Assembly (NCBI GenBank): GCA_965215855.1
Contig: CBDCER010000003.1
Coordinates: 2,968,880 to 3,032,879 of the forward strand
DNA from: Aggregatilineales bacterium
GTDB lineage: Bacteria; Chloroflexota; Anaerolineae; Aggregatilineales; J027
Reading direction: 5' to 3'
Length of the DNA stretch: 64,000 bases
The notes beneath the pieces were generated by a model. That model searched no databases. It was not told the DNA's origin and saw only the letters and a program-made list of their open reading frames with translations. Every line of letters begins with the position of its first letter. Position 1 is the first letter of the stretch. Below, in pieces: positions 9,714 through 19,160 of the stretch. Made by a program: the position numbers and the translations under genes.

Positions 9714-10544
9714 ATGAGCAAAAAGCGATTATTAATCATCGAAGATGATGTTGATGTCGCCGAATTACTGGTGACCTTCTTTAAAGGTCAGGGTTATGAA
9801 GTTTTTGATTCAGACATGGGCGAACAAGGCATTGCCCTGGCACGTTCCAAATTTCCCCATTTGATTCTGTTGGATGTCATGTTGCCGGATATGGGCGGCT
9901 TTGACATCTGTCGTAAATTGCGAACTACCAATTTAACCAAATATATTCCGATTATTTTCCTGACACAACGCGATGCACGGTCGGATAAGGTCGCCGGACT
10001 AGCACTGGGCGCAGACGACTATATCACCAAACCTTTTGACATAGAAGAACTGCGGCTTCGTGTGCAAGGCTCGATCCGGCGGGCAACCCGTGACCAGTTG
10101 CATGAATCTCGCACGGGTCTACCGACTGGGGCACTGATCCGCGAGGAGTATGAGCGGTTGCGGGACCAGGATGGCTGGTACTATCTCTCTATGCAAATTG
10201 TTGGTTTCAATGATTTCCGTGACCGCTATGGGTTTTTATCAGCAGACGAAGCTCTCAGCTTGGCGGCCTATACCTTGCGTGAGACTGTCAGAGAGTATGG
10301 CACACCAGATGATTTTATTGGTACAACGAGCGAGGATGGATTTGCAGTCTTTACCCGTACTGGTGATATTGATGCTTTTACAGAGATTGTTCAAAGAGTA
10401 TTCAAAGAACGCGTCGGTACACTATACAATTTTGTAGACAGCGAACGCGGCTATTTTATGCTTCACGAAGGTACGCCTGAAGAACGACAGGCTCCACTGA
10501 TGTATCTGGAGCTAACGACTTATTATCCGTCTGATACCAATTAA
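9714..10544 (+). CDS. Response regulator with degenerate GGDEF-like output domain
   Basis: REC (LLIIEDD, LLDVMLPDMGGF, TKP) followed by a GGDEF-fold region (SRTGLPTG.., FNDFRDRYGF). The signature motif reads SEDGF instead of GGDEF. Confidence 0.75.
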   Translation: MSKKRLLIIEDDVDVAELLVTFFKGQGYEVFDSDMGEQGIALARSKFPHLILLDVMLPDMGGFDICRKLRTTNLTKYIPIIFLTQRDARSDKVAGLALGADDYITKPFDIEELRLRVQGSIRRATRDQLHESRTGLPTGALIREEYERLRDQDGWYYLSMQIVGFNDFRDRYGFLSADEALSLAAYTLRETVREYGTPDDFIGTTSEDGFAVFTRTGDIDAFTEIVQRVFKERVGTLYNFVDSERGYFMLHEGTPEERQAPLMYLELTTYYPSDTN

Positions 10545-10546
10545 CA

Positions 10547-11017
10547 ATGGCGTCACTTGATTGGAACATAGCGGGTCTTCATGACCAGTTAGCCCGATAT
10601 GGCATTCCACTTAAAAGGGATGTATTCCAGCTTCGAGAACAATTGACGGCTGAACTCAACGCCGCTGCTTTTTTGATATTGGAATTGATTGAACTGGAAG
10701 CGTATGCTCAGGCTTGGGGGATTAATGCAGGAGCCTGGTTGGTGCTGGCTGTGACTCGGATGATTAAGGAAATATTGGAGGATTATCGTGACGCTGGCTT
10801 CGGTTGTGTGCCACCGAGCATATTTGGTATTGCCGGGGCAGAGGATGACCAGCAGGAAATCGGCCATCGTTGCATCACAGCTTACCAAGACATCTATCAT
10901 GTATTATTGCGAACCCATCATCAGGCTAGTTCTCCGATCTGGCATCGACGAGCGGTGACACAACATTTTCCGCAATTGATTCTGAAGGTCAACGATTCGG
11001 GTGTCGTAAGCGAATGA
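10547..11017 (+). CDS. Hypothetical protein (156 aa)
   Basis: ORF packed between neighbours: a 2-nt gap upstream and a 4-nt overlap downstream. No recognisable motif. Confidence 0.5.
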   Translation: MASLDWNIAGLHDQLARYGIPLKRDVFQLREQLTAELNAAAFLILELIELEAYAQAWGINAGAWLVLAVTRMIKEILEDYRDAGFGCVPPSIFGIAGAEDDQQEIGHRCITAYQDIYHVLLRTHHQASSPIWHRRAVTQHFPQLILKVNDSGVVSE

Positions 11018-11652
11018 TCTTTATTTCACGCGATCATGTACAAACAGCCCTCCAGTTGCCGAGTTTTGATGTGCGGCAGGCACAGCTGAAAATGGCTCCG
11101 ATTCCGCGTGCTGTTCGCCGCCCTCAAAGCAAAAATGGATCACCTCGATTGGCGGCAGTGTTGGTTTTATTGTTCCCAACCGAACAACATGGGTTATCTA
11201 CGGTGTTGATTCAACGCAATCAATATCCCGGAGTGCATAGTGGGCAAATTGGCCTACCAGGTGGACAGCGTGAAGAAAATGACGGCTCATTTGCAGTAAC
11301 CGCTTTGCGCGAAACTCATGAAGAAATTGGTGTACCATATACTGAGATTGAATTGATAGGTAACCTGACATCGCTGTATATTCCACCCAGTGATTTTGAG
11401 GTTTATCCTTATGTAGGCTATTCTGCCCACCATCCAGTCTGGAAGCCCGATCCGAGTGAAGTTGCAGGGGTGATTGAAACGCCATTGGCAACCCTGTTTG
11501 ATGACACCGTGAAGCACGTGGATGAAATTGAGGTGCGAGGGATAACCGTCCGAGCGCCTTATTATGCTATCGAAGGACACCGGGTTTGGGGTGCAACAGC
11601 GATCATTTTGAGTGAGCTGGAGAGCCGTCTGCGGTTGACTCTAGACAGATGA
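11014..11652 (+). CDS. NUDIX hydrolase, CoA-pyrophosphatase-like
   Basis: Nudix box GLPGGQREENDGSFAVTALRETHEEIGV. Size and layout resemble NudL/YeaB-type enzymes. Confidence 0.8.
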   Translation: MIFISRDHVQTALQLPSFDVRQAQLKMAPIPRAVRRPQSKNGSPRLAAVLVLLFPTEQHGLSTVLIQRNQYPGVHSGQIGLPGGQREENDGSFAVTALRETHEEIGVPYTEIELIGNLTSLYIPPSDFEVYPYVGYSAHHPVWKPDPSEVAGVIETPLATLFDDTVKHVDEIEVRGITVRAPYYAIEGHRVWGATAIILSELESRLRLTLDR

Positions 11653-11682
11653 TTTGATGTGATATATACTGCATTTTAGCAA

Positions 11683-11755
11683 GCCGAGGTAGCTCAGTTG
11701 GTAGAGCATTGCACTGAAAATGCAAGGGTCGCCAGTTCAAGTCTGGCCCTCGGCA
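11683..11755 (+). tRNA. tRNA-Phe (GAA)
   Basis: Cloverleaf read by eye: acceptor GCCGAGG/CCTCGGC, D-arm GCTCAGTTGGTAGAGC, anticodon loop CTGAAAA, T-arm GCCAG-TTCAAGT-CTGGC, discriminator A. CCA is not encoded. Confidence 0.9.
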
Positions 11756-11765
11756 CAGGCTAAAG

Positions 11766-11792
11766 CCTCCACACACTTGTGGGGGTTTTTTT
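11766..11792 (+). terminator. Rho-independent terminator after tRNA-Phe
   Basis: Stem CCTCCACA / TGTGGGGG (one G-U pair), loop CACT, followed by a run of 7 T. Confidence 0.7.
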
Positions 11793-11807
11793 ATCAAAGG
11801 TTAACAG

Positions 11808-13277
11808 ATGCACATTTATGAGATTAACACCTGGCCCTGGCTTCAAGGGCTTTCCGCCAAGTACGGGCGACCTATCACACTTCAAAATGTCCCGGCAGAT
11901 GAAATCCGGGCACTCAGCAATTTGCAGCAAGACATGATTTGGCTAATGGGGGTTTGGGAACGCAGTCCAAAGGGAAGGCGAGTCGCTGCCGAGCATCGTG
12001 ATCTGCAACTCGAATATCAAGAAGCCTTGCGTGATTTTCGGTCAAAGGATGTGGTGGGGTCTCCCTACAGCGTACACCGGTATGTGGTGGATGAAATTTT
12101 GGGTGGCCCAGCGGGGTTAGCAACGTTTCGCCAGCAATTGAGGCAATATGGCCTGCGCCTGATGTTGGATTATGTGCCCAACCATGTCGCCATTGATCAT
12201 CCGTGGACACACGAACTCTCCGACGCACTGGTGGGCGGCACGCCTGACGAACAGGCAGATGATCCGCAGTCATTTTTCCCAATTGGTGATCGGGTTTTCG
12301 CGCATGGGCGGGATCCGTATTTTCCAGCCTGGACTGATACAGCACAATTGAATGCGTTCAGTGATGCTTATCGGCAGGCGTCAATTGACGCTCTGTCCGA
12401 GATTGCGGCGCAGTGTGATGGTGTGCGCTGTGATATGGCAATGTTGCTGACGAATCACGTTTTCTCGAAGACCTGGAGCCTGAAGCGCGTTGGCCCAATC
12501 CCCAAAACGGAATATTGGCAGAGTGTTATTCCGGCGATACACGCCCAATATCCGGAGTTCATCTTTATAGCCGAAGTTTATTGGAGTATGGAGCACGAAT
12601 TACAGCAACAGGGCTTCGATTATTGCTACGATAAGCGTTTGTATGATCGCATGGTTCATGAAGACGCAGCCCGTATTATCAACCATCTGAAAGCACATTT
12701 TACATATCAGTCCGGCTTGGTGCGCTTCAGTGAAAATCATGATGAACGCCGTGCTATGGATACTATGGGGATAGGTCGTTCGAGGATGGCTGCCGTCTTG
12801 ATTGCAACATTACCAGGGGCCAAGCTTTGGCACGAAGGACAGTTTCACGGACACCGCGTCAAACTGCCTGCGCAATTAGGGCGTCGCCCCAAAGAGCGAG
12901 ATAATGCCGAGCTTTATAGCTTCTATCGACGATTGTTGGGAATCGCTCGCGATGGTGGTTATCAACAAGGAGACTGGCGATTGCGCGAGGTCATCCGAGC
13001 CTGGCCGGGCAATGAAAGTAACCAACATCTAGTGGCCTATACCTGGCGCAATGGGGATGAACGTCGCTTGATTGTGGTGAATTATTCCGATCATCGTTCA
13101 CAGGGGCGCGTGGTGCTTTCAAACTTTGAGGTAGAAGGACTCACTTGGCATTTGAACGATTTGCTGGATAAGAGCGTGTATGACCGGCACGGTGACCCAA
13201 TGGCACATGATGGACTATACATTGATCTCCAGCCCTGGACGGCTCATATCTTCGATTTTGCGCTCAAAGAGTCTTAG
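11808..13277 (+). CDS. GH13 (alpha-amylase family) glycoside hydrolase
   Basis: GH13 conserved regions: LMLDYVPNHV, GVRCDMAML, FIAEVYW, FSENHDERR. Confidence 0.85.
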   Translation: MHIYEINTWPWLQGLSAKYGRPITLQNVPADEIRALSNLQQDMIWLMGVWERSPKGRRVAAEHRDLQLEYQEALRDFRSKDVVGSPYSVHRYVVDEILGGPAGLATFRQQLRQYGLRLMLDYVPNHVAIDHPWTHELSDALVGGTPDEQADDPQSFFPIGDRVFAHGRDPYFPAWTDTAQLNAFSDAYRQASIDALSEIAAQCDGVRCDMAMLLTNHVFSKTWSLKRVGPIPKTEYWQSVIPAIHAQYPEFIFIAEVYWSMEHELQQQGFDYCYDKRLYDRMVHEDAARIINHLKAHFTYQSGLVRFSENHDERRAMDTMGIGRSRMAAVLIATLPGAKLWHEGQFHGHRVKLPAQLGRRPKERDNAELYSFYRRLLGIARDGGYQQGDWRLREVIRAWPGNESNQHLVAYTWRNGDERRLIVVNYSDHRSQGRVVLSNFEVEGLTWHLNDLLDKSVYDRHGDPMAHDGLYIDLQPWTAHIFDFALKES

Positions 13278-13313
13278 TTGAGGAATTGACCTGGGTGGAC
13301 TATACTCCTCCTG

Positions 13314-14279
13314 TTGATTTGCTTTTGGAGATCCATTTTGGGTATCAGACTCTTCTGGCTCGCATCTGCTAAACGCGGGAAGGAAGACCCTTCGCAGCCA
13401 GCCTACAAAGGCCAATATCTCCATGACCTCAGAATGATGTTGTCGCCATATTTGGCGGGAACATTGTTGCTAGTGATATTGCCAGCTATTATGTCGTTTG
13501 GGCTGGCGTTTTATGAATATGATGCGCTTTCCAACCCGCGCTTCAACGGTTTGCAGAACTTCAAAGACGCTTTTACCCACGATGTGTTTCTCATCTCTAT
13601 CCGCAACTCAGTGGTCTACGCGGCACTGGCTGTGCCTTTTCGCTTATTGGGGGCATTGTTGCTGGCGTTGTTGCTCAATCAGCGGCGGCGGGGTGTGGGT
13701 TTCTATCGGGTGGCCGTTTTCTTGCCGACGATCATCCCTGATGTAGCCTATGCGTTGATCTGGCTCTGGATTTTTAATCCGGTTTATGGACCATTGAATA
13801 AAGTGCTGGCGGCGGTGGGTATTGGTGGCCCGGCCTGGCTCATTAACCCTGATACAGCGTTGCTGGCAATCGTCATCATGTCCCTGTTTCAAATCGGTGA
13901 GGGCTTTGTCATTTTGCTGGCCGGATTACAGGATGTGCCGCACGAATATTATCAAGCGGCAGCAGTTGATGGTGCAAGTGGATGGCAACGTTTTCGCTTT
14001 ATCACGTTTCCCTTGTTGAAGCCCTGGCTGATACTGTTGGTATTGCGCGATTTGATTTTGAGTACACAGAACACGTTTGCCCCGGCTTATTTGATGACAG
14101 GTGGCGATCCTTATTACGCCACGATGTTCATGCCTTTGGTGATTTATGAGGAGGCATTTGATCGCTTTCGGTTTGGACTGGCATCGGCGATGATGGTGCT
14201 ATTGTTTGTGGTTCTTGGTTTCTTGCTGTTCTTTATTTATCGTGTTGTACGGGGATGGGGTTACAGTGATTCTCATTAA
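13314..14279 (+). CDS. Carbohydrate ABC transporter permease (MalF/UgpA-type)
   Basis: Six-TM profile with EAA loop YYQAAAVDGASGWQRFRFITFPLLKP. The TTG start at 13314 is uncertain; the ATG at 13434 is an alternative. Confidence 0.85.
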   Translation: MICFWRSILGIRLFWLASAKRGKEDPSQPAYKGQYLHDLRMMLSPYLAGTLLLVILPAIMSFGLAFYEYDALSNPRFNGLQNFKDAFTHDVFLISIRNSVVYAALAVPFRLLGALLLALLLNQRRRGVGFYRVAVFLPTIIPDVAYALIWLWIFNPVYGPLNKVLAAVGIGGPAWLINPDTALLAIVIMSLFQIGEGFVILLAGLQDVPHEYYQAAAVDGASGWQRFRFITFPLLKPWLILLVLRDLILSTQNTFAPAYLMTGGDPYYATMFMPLVIYEEAFDRFRFGLASAMMVLLFVVLGFLLFFIYRVVRGWGYSDSH

Positions 14280-14297
14280 TGTTGAAAAGGCGCACTA

Positions 14298-15200
14298 ATG
14301 AGGAACAATAATCGTTCATCCGCTTTTCCTCAGACCCATTCTGATCGGGGGCGTTCGACAGGGTTGGTATGGTGTCAGCTTATATATCATGTTATATATC
14401 ATGCACTGGCTGTGGCGGTTTCCGCTGTATTTTTGGTGATTTTTGTGTGGTTTATCTCGGTTTCATTACGTGTGCCAGGTGTACCACCTACGCCTGAAAT
14501 CGAATGGATTCCGGATCCGATTTCGTGGTTGAACTATAGCCAAATCTTTGACCTGGTTCCATTCAAGAGTTTTATTGTTAACTCGGTGATCGTGACACTA
14601 GTAGCCGTGCCAGTGACAATTTTGACAGCGTCATGGGCGGGCTTTGCGATGTCACAACTCAATGCACGATCTCGTGACTGGTTGGTAATTCTGTCGGTTT
14701 TGTTGCTGATGGTTCCCGTTACGGCACTGTGGCTGCCGCGCTTCCTGATTTTCACGAAGCTATCATTGATTGATACTCGCTGGGCGCTGATTGTGCCAGC
14801 TTTTATGGGATCGACGCCGCTGTTTGTGTTGTTGTTCTACTGGAGTTTCCGACGTGTACCACGTGAACTCTTTGAGTCGGCCCAACTTGACGGCGCGGGT
14901 GGGCTGGCGATTTGGGGATTGGTCGCCATGCCGTTGGCGCGTCCGGCCATTGTGACGGTCGGTGTGCTGTCGTTTGTGATTTATTGGAGTGACTTCATCA
15001 ACCCATTGCTTTACTTGAAATCTGAAGACTTATATACTCTGACAGTTGGAATACGGATGCTTCAACAGCTTGATGAAACAAATTGGCCGTTATTGATGGC
15101 GGCGGCGGTTGTGATGACTGCTCCTCTGGTCGTCGTTTTTCTGTTGGTTCAACGGTATATCTGGCCCGAAAATTTGCTTTCTGGACTGTCAGGTAATTAG
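14298..15200 (+). CDS. Carbohydrate ABC transporter permease (MalG/UgpE-type)
   Basis: Multi-TM with EAA loop LFESAQLDGAGGLAIWGLVAMPLARP. Confidence 0.85.
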   Translation: MRNNNRSSAFPQTHSDRGRSTGLVWCQLIYHVIYHALAVAVSAVFLVIFVWFISVSLRVPGVPPTPEIEWIPDPISWLNYSQIFDLVPFKSFIVNSVIVTLVAVPVTILTASWAGFAMSQLNARSRDWLVILSVLLLMVPVTALWLPRFLIFTKLSLIDTRWALIVPAFMGSTPLFVLLFYWSFRRVPRELFESAQLDGAGGLAIWGLVAMPLARPAIVTVGVLSFVIYWSDFINPLLYLKSEDLYTLTVGIRMLQQLDETNWPLLMAAAVVMTAPLVVVFLLVQRYIWPENLLSGLSGN

Positions 15201-15232
15201 TGCATTGCAGGTTGCATTGGCAAGGAGTATCA

Positions 15233-16543
15233 GTGCTCGGAAAATTGTTGTCGCTTAGGGTTTCCACGCTTATTGGCATTGTGATTATCATCGCCATTGC
15301 CGGCGTCGTCATCAGCCAGGTATTACCAGAGGATGAAGAGCAGGCTGGTAGGGTTGAAGTTTCATTTATGATTTTTGGCGACCCAGCGGAAAAAGCGGCT
15401 TATGAACAACTGGTTGTGGCATTCGAGGAACGTTACCCAGATATTGATGTGGTTTTGATACATATTCCAGGGCAGGGCGATTATCGACGACGGCTCGGCA
15501 CAGATTTTGCTGCCGGTACACCAACGGATGTTGTCCTCATCAACTATCGCCGCTACGCGCCTTTTGCCGATAGTGGTGTTTTGGAGCCATTGGGGCCGTA
15601 TCTGGATGAGAGCGAATTGATCCAAGAGAGCGATTTCTTTCCGCAGACTACAGAGCCATTTTATTGGAATGACACACTCATGTGCATTCCACAGAATATT
15701 TCGAGCCTGGTAGTTTATTACAACAAGGACTTGTTTAATGCTGCCGACGTTGATTATCCAGCAGATGATTGGACATGGGATGATTTTCTGGCAACAGCCC
15801 AAGCATTGACATTTGATATGGATGGTGATGGCGAGACAGACCAGTATGGCCTGGGAATCGACCCGTTTTTCTTTCGTCTCATCCCGTTTATCTGGCAACA
15901 GGGGGGTGAAGTGGTTGATGACTATGAAAATCCCACGCGTCTGACACTCGATACACCCGAAACCCGCGCCGCGATTGAATGGTATGTTAGTTTACAAGTT
16001 GAGCATCAGGTGGTCCCAACTCGATTGGCCGAGCAGGTTGAAGAAAGCGACTTCCGGTTTATGCGTGGACGGCTGGGAATGTATCTCAGCAGTCGCCGGA
16101 GCGTGCCAACCTATCGTGAATATGCTTATTTTAATTGGGATGTTGCACCATTGCCGCGCAATGTGCAGACTGCTGGTATTTTGCATTCAGATGCCTATTG
16201 TATGACGCGAATAGCGGATAATAAAGATGCGGTGTGGACATTTATCGAATTCGCCAACGGGCCAGAAGGCCAGGCCATTGTCGCGCAGTCCGGGCGCACT
16301 GTGCCCTCTTTGATTTCGGTTGCCAATTCGCCAGCGTTTTTGGATGGGATACCTGTCAGTAGCCATGTTTGGCTGGATACAGCCCGATATTTGCGCGGTG
16401 TACCGGTTATGGCAAATTGGGTTGATATTGAGATTATTGCTGGCGAGGAATTGGAACGGGTTTACTATGGCGATGTTTCCATTGATGAATTCATAGCGAC
16501 GGCCACCGAACGTACACAACCCTTTTTCAATAACGAGCCGTAA
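15233..16543 (+). CDS. Carbohydrate ABC transporter substrate-binding protein (family 1)
   Basis: SD AAGGAG lies 5 nt before the in-frame GTG at 15233. N-terminal membrane anchor, then a family-1 SBP-like sequence (MIFGDPAEKAAYEQLV.., WTWDDFL..). Confidence 0.85.
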   Translation: MLGKLLSLRVSTLIGIVIIIAIAGVVISQVLPEDEEQAGRVEVSFMIFGDPAEKAAYEQLVVAFEERYPDIDVVLIHIPGQGDYRRRLGTDFAAGTPTDVVLINYRRYAPFADSGVLEPLGPYLDESELIQESDFFPQTTEPFYWNDTLMCIPQNISSLVVYYNKDLFNAADVDYPADDWTWDDFLATAQALTFDMDGDGETDQYGLGIDPFFFRLIPFIWQQGGEVVDDYENPTRLTLDTPETRAAIEWYVSLQVEHQVVPTRLAEQVEESDFRFMRGRLGMYLSSRRSVPTYREYAYFNWDVAPLPRNVQTAGILHSDAYCMTRIADNKDAVWTFIEFANGPEGQAIVAQSGRTVPSLISVANSPAFLDGIPVSSHVWLDTARYLRGVPVMANWVDIEIIAGEELERVYYGDVSIDEFIATATERTQPFFNNEP

Positions 16544-16573
16544 TATTTCTCTGGGAGCCGATGTTTTGATATC

Positions 16574-16613
16574 AACTGCTCTGATAGGAATTCATTTCCA
16601 CCAGAGCAGTTTT
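16574..16613 (+). terminator. Intrinsic terminator in convergent gap (sugar ABC operon / pnkp)
   Basis: Perfect 10-bp inverted repeat AACTGCTCTG .. CAGAGCAGTT with an 18-nt loop, followed by TTT. Confidence 0.6.
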
Positions 16614-16622
16614 GAATCAACC

Positions 16623-19160
16623 TCATAATCTGGGATCCACTGGTTCACTTTCCAGGGCCAGCACACCAAAGACGCATTCATGCACACGCCGCAGGGGTTC
16701 ACCGCGCACGAAACGCTCCAATGCTTCGATACCTAGCGCAAATTCCCGAAGTGCCAATGAGCGTTTGGTGTTCAATCCCCGTTTTCGCAATTCATTCAAA
16801 TGATCGGTATAGTCTGGGCCGTAGATGATCCGCAGATAATCACGCCCGCGTACTTTGATTGCTGGCTGCAACAAGCCACGCCGTCCACGTACAATGAAGT
16901 CCAGCGGCTTGACGACCATTCCTTCGCCACCTTCGGCAGTCATGTTTTCCCACCAACTGCTGCCTGCTTTCTGACTATTGGCGTCTGTAACATCCACTCG
17001 GCGGTGCGCGGTTTCAAGCAGCAGATCACTACCAGACTCGCATAGTCGCGCCAGTGTTGCCATGTGCCAGGCATGGTCTTTGTCAACATGCACTGTACTC
17101 TCGGTTGCCAGCAGATGAAATGGAGCCAGGCGCAAATCGGCCAATGATTTTACCGGCCAGCAGTAGCGACGGTAGGCGTCGATATAGTGCGCGATTTGCT
17201 GCTGGCGCGTCTGGTATTTGTCGAGGAGTGGCTCAACATCACCACCATGATCTGCGGCCATTTTTAGTATAGTGATGGCCTGCCCAAGTGTGGCAGTGGC
17301 GGCGGCCCCTACTGCCGCGTATTGCGTTATCAGTAATTGTTGAGCTTTGGCCGACCAGGGCATCAGTTCACAATCTAGCAAAAACCAAGATGTGTTGAAC
17401 TCATCCCACAATTCCGCAGCAGTAGCGGTGTCTCGTACTTGTTCGATGAACTGTGTCTCCAGCAGCAAATCATTGAAGAAACGGCGTCCGGTGCGAGTAT
17501 AGACCACACCAATTTCCCCATTCATTACACCAAACCGCTGGCGGGCGGATGCTTCATCCCTGCAAACAATCACCAGTGCCCGCGAACCCATGTGCTTCTT
17601 CTGGCAGATCACTTGAGGCACGCCATTGCGACGGTAATAGTCGAATGCTTCGGCGGGATGTTCCAACAAGTCGGGTAGCGTGCTGGTTGCCGAGGGTGAC
17701 ATGGTAGGCGGCAGGTAAATCAGCCAGCGTGGATCAATAGCAAAGCGGCTCATTACTTCCAGAGCACCAGTTGCATTGGCTTCACGAATAGTGATATTGG
17801 GGCGCAACCGGGTGCTAATAATGCGTTTTCCTATCACGTCTCGAATGTCCAGCAAATCGTCGTGCTGTTGCTGGGCGCTGAGTGCTGTTTCAGCATCGTT
17901 GGGCAGGAAAGGGCGGGCAGGTTCGGCATATAAATGCAGTGCATCCACTGATACTAGCTCATTTTCAGGATAGCGCAGCGCGGTCAATGCGCCGCCGAAT
18001 ACGCAGCCTGTGTCGATGTTGATGGTGCGGTTCAGCCATTCGGGTTTAGGGACGGGTGTGTGTCCATAGACGACGGTTGCCTGCCCGCGGTATTCCGCCG
18101 CCCAATTGTGGCGCACGGGTAATCCAAATTCGTCCGTTTCGCCAGTCGTTTCACCATACAGGGCAAATTGGCGTACTTTGCCTGATGCTCGTCCGATCAT
18201 GTCTTCACGCATACCGGCATGAGCCACGACCAGTTTACCATCATCCAATACGTAGTGACTGACCATCTGGCCGATAAAGGCTCGCACCTCATTGCGAAAT
18301 TCATCCGATTCAGCCTCTAGTTGTTCCAATGATTCAGCCAATCCATGTGTGCGCTGCACATTCCGGCCATCGAGAGCGCGTTTGAGTTTGGTGTCGTGAT
18401 TGCCGGGAACACACAGTGCTGTCTCTGTCGCGACCATGCTCATTACCAACTTGAGAACGCCCGGCACGTTTGGCCCGCGATCTACCAGATCACCCACGAA
18501 AATCGCTTTGCGGCCTGGGGGCGGTGTCACGGAGTCACCCTCGACCTCATAGCCGAGCTTCCCCAACAATAGCACCAATTCATCGTAGCAACTGTGAACA
18601 TCGCCGATGATGTCGAAGGGACCGTGGTCACCGCGACGGTTGTTCCAAAGCGGTTCACGTTCGATAGTCACGGCCTCAATTTCTTCCTCAGATTTCAGGT
18701 GAAAGACACGCCGGAAGCCTTCGCGCTTTAGTCGCTTGAGCGAGCGCCGCAATTGCTGGCGATGTTGGGCAACGATACGTTTTCCAAAGTCACGGTCTGG
18801 TCGCTGGGCATTGCGAGCAATGCAAACGCGCTCTGGGGGATCAAGCACAATCGCTATCGGCAGGGCATGATATTCTTTTGCCAGCGCCACCAGTGGTTTT
18901 CGCGCATATTCTTGGACATTGGTGGCCTCAATGACAGTCAGTCGTCGGTTCTTGAGGCGTTTGGCTGCGATGACACGAACCAGGTCGAAGGCGTCAACAG
19001 TGGCTTCCTGACTGTTCATATCGTCGCTGACCAGTCCCCGGCAGAAATCGGAGGATACAGTCTCGAATGGGCCGAAATGCTTTTTTGCAAATGTCGATTT
19101 GCCGCTGCCGGATGCACCAATCAGCACCACCAGCGCGAATTCAGGTATTGTTAGATTCAT
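16623..19160 (-). CDS. pnkp: Polynucleotide kinase-phosphatase (Pnkp: 5'-kinase, 2',3'-phosphatase, ligase-like adenylyltransferase)
   Basis: P-loop GASGSGKST; calcineurin-type phosphoesterase motifs GDLVDRGP and GNHD; C-terminal nucleotidyltransferase region with QKKHMGSR. About 845 aa, as in characterised bacterial Pnkp. Confidence 0.9.
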   Translation of the reverse strand: MNLTIPEFALVVLIGASGSGKSTFAKKHFGPFETVSSDFCRGLVSDDMNSQEATVDAFDLVRVIAAKRLKNRRLTVIEATNVQEYARKPLVALAKEYHALPIAIVLDPPERVCIARNAQRPDRDFGKRIVAQHRQQLRRSLKRLKREGFRRVFHLKSEEEIEAVTIEREPLWNNRRGDHGPFDIIGDVHSCYDELVLLLGKLGYEVEGDSVTPPPGRKAIFVGDLVDRGPNVPGVLKLVMSMVATETALCVPGNHDTKLKRALDGRNVQRTHGLAESLEQLEAESDEFRNEVRAFIGQMVSHYVLDDGKLVVAHAGMREDMIGRASGKVRQFALYGETTGETDEFGLPVRHNWAAEYRGQATVVYGHTPVPKPEWLNRTINIDTGCVFGGALTALRYPENELVSVDALHLYAEPARPFLPNDAETALSAQQQHDDLLDIRDVIGKRIISTRLRPNITIREANATGALEVMSRFAIDPRWLIYLPPTMSPSATSTLPDLLEHPAEAFDYYRRNGVPQVICQKKHMGSRALVIVCRDEASARQRFGVMNGEIGVVYTRTGRRFFNDLLLETQFIEQVRDTATAAELWDEFNTSWFLLDCELMPWSAKAQQLLITQYAAVGAAATATLGQAITILKMAADHGGDVEPLLDKYQTRQQQIAHYIDAYRRYCWPVKSLADLRLAPFHLLATESTVHVDKDHAWHMATLARLCESGSDLLLETAHRRVDVTDANSQKAGSSWWENMTAEGGEGMVVKPLDFIVRGRRGLLQPAIKVRGRDYLRIIYGPDYTDHLNELRKRGLNTKRSLALREFALGIEALERFVRGEPLRRVHECVFGVLALESEPVDPRL

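Noticed and set aside
11603-11797. A 64-aa minus-strand ORF.
   Set aside because: It is the reverse complement of tRNA-Phe and its terminator. It is not coding.
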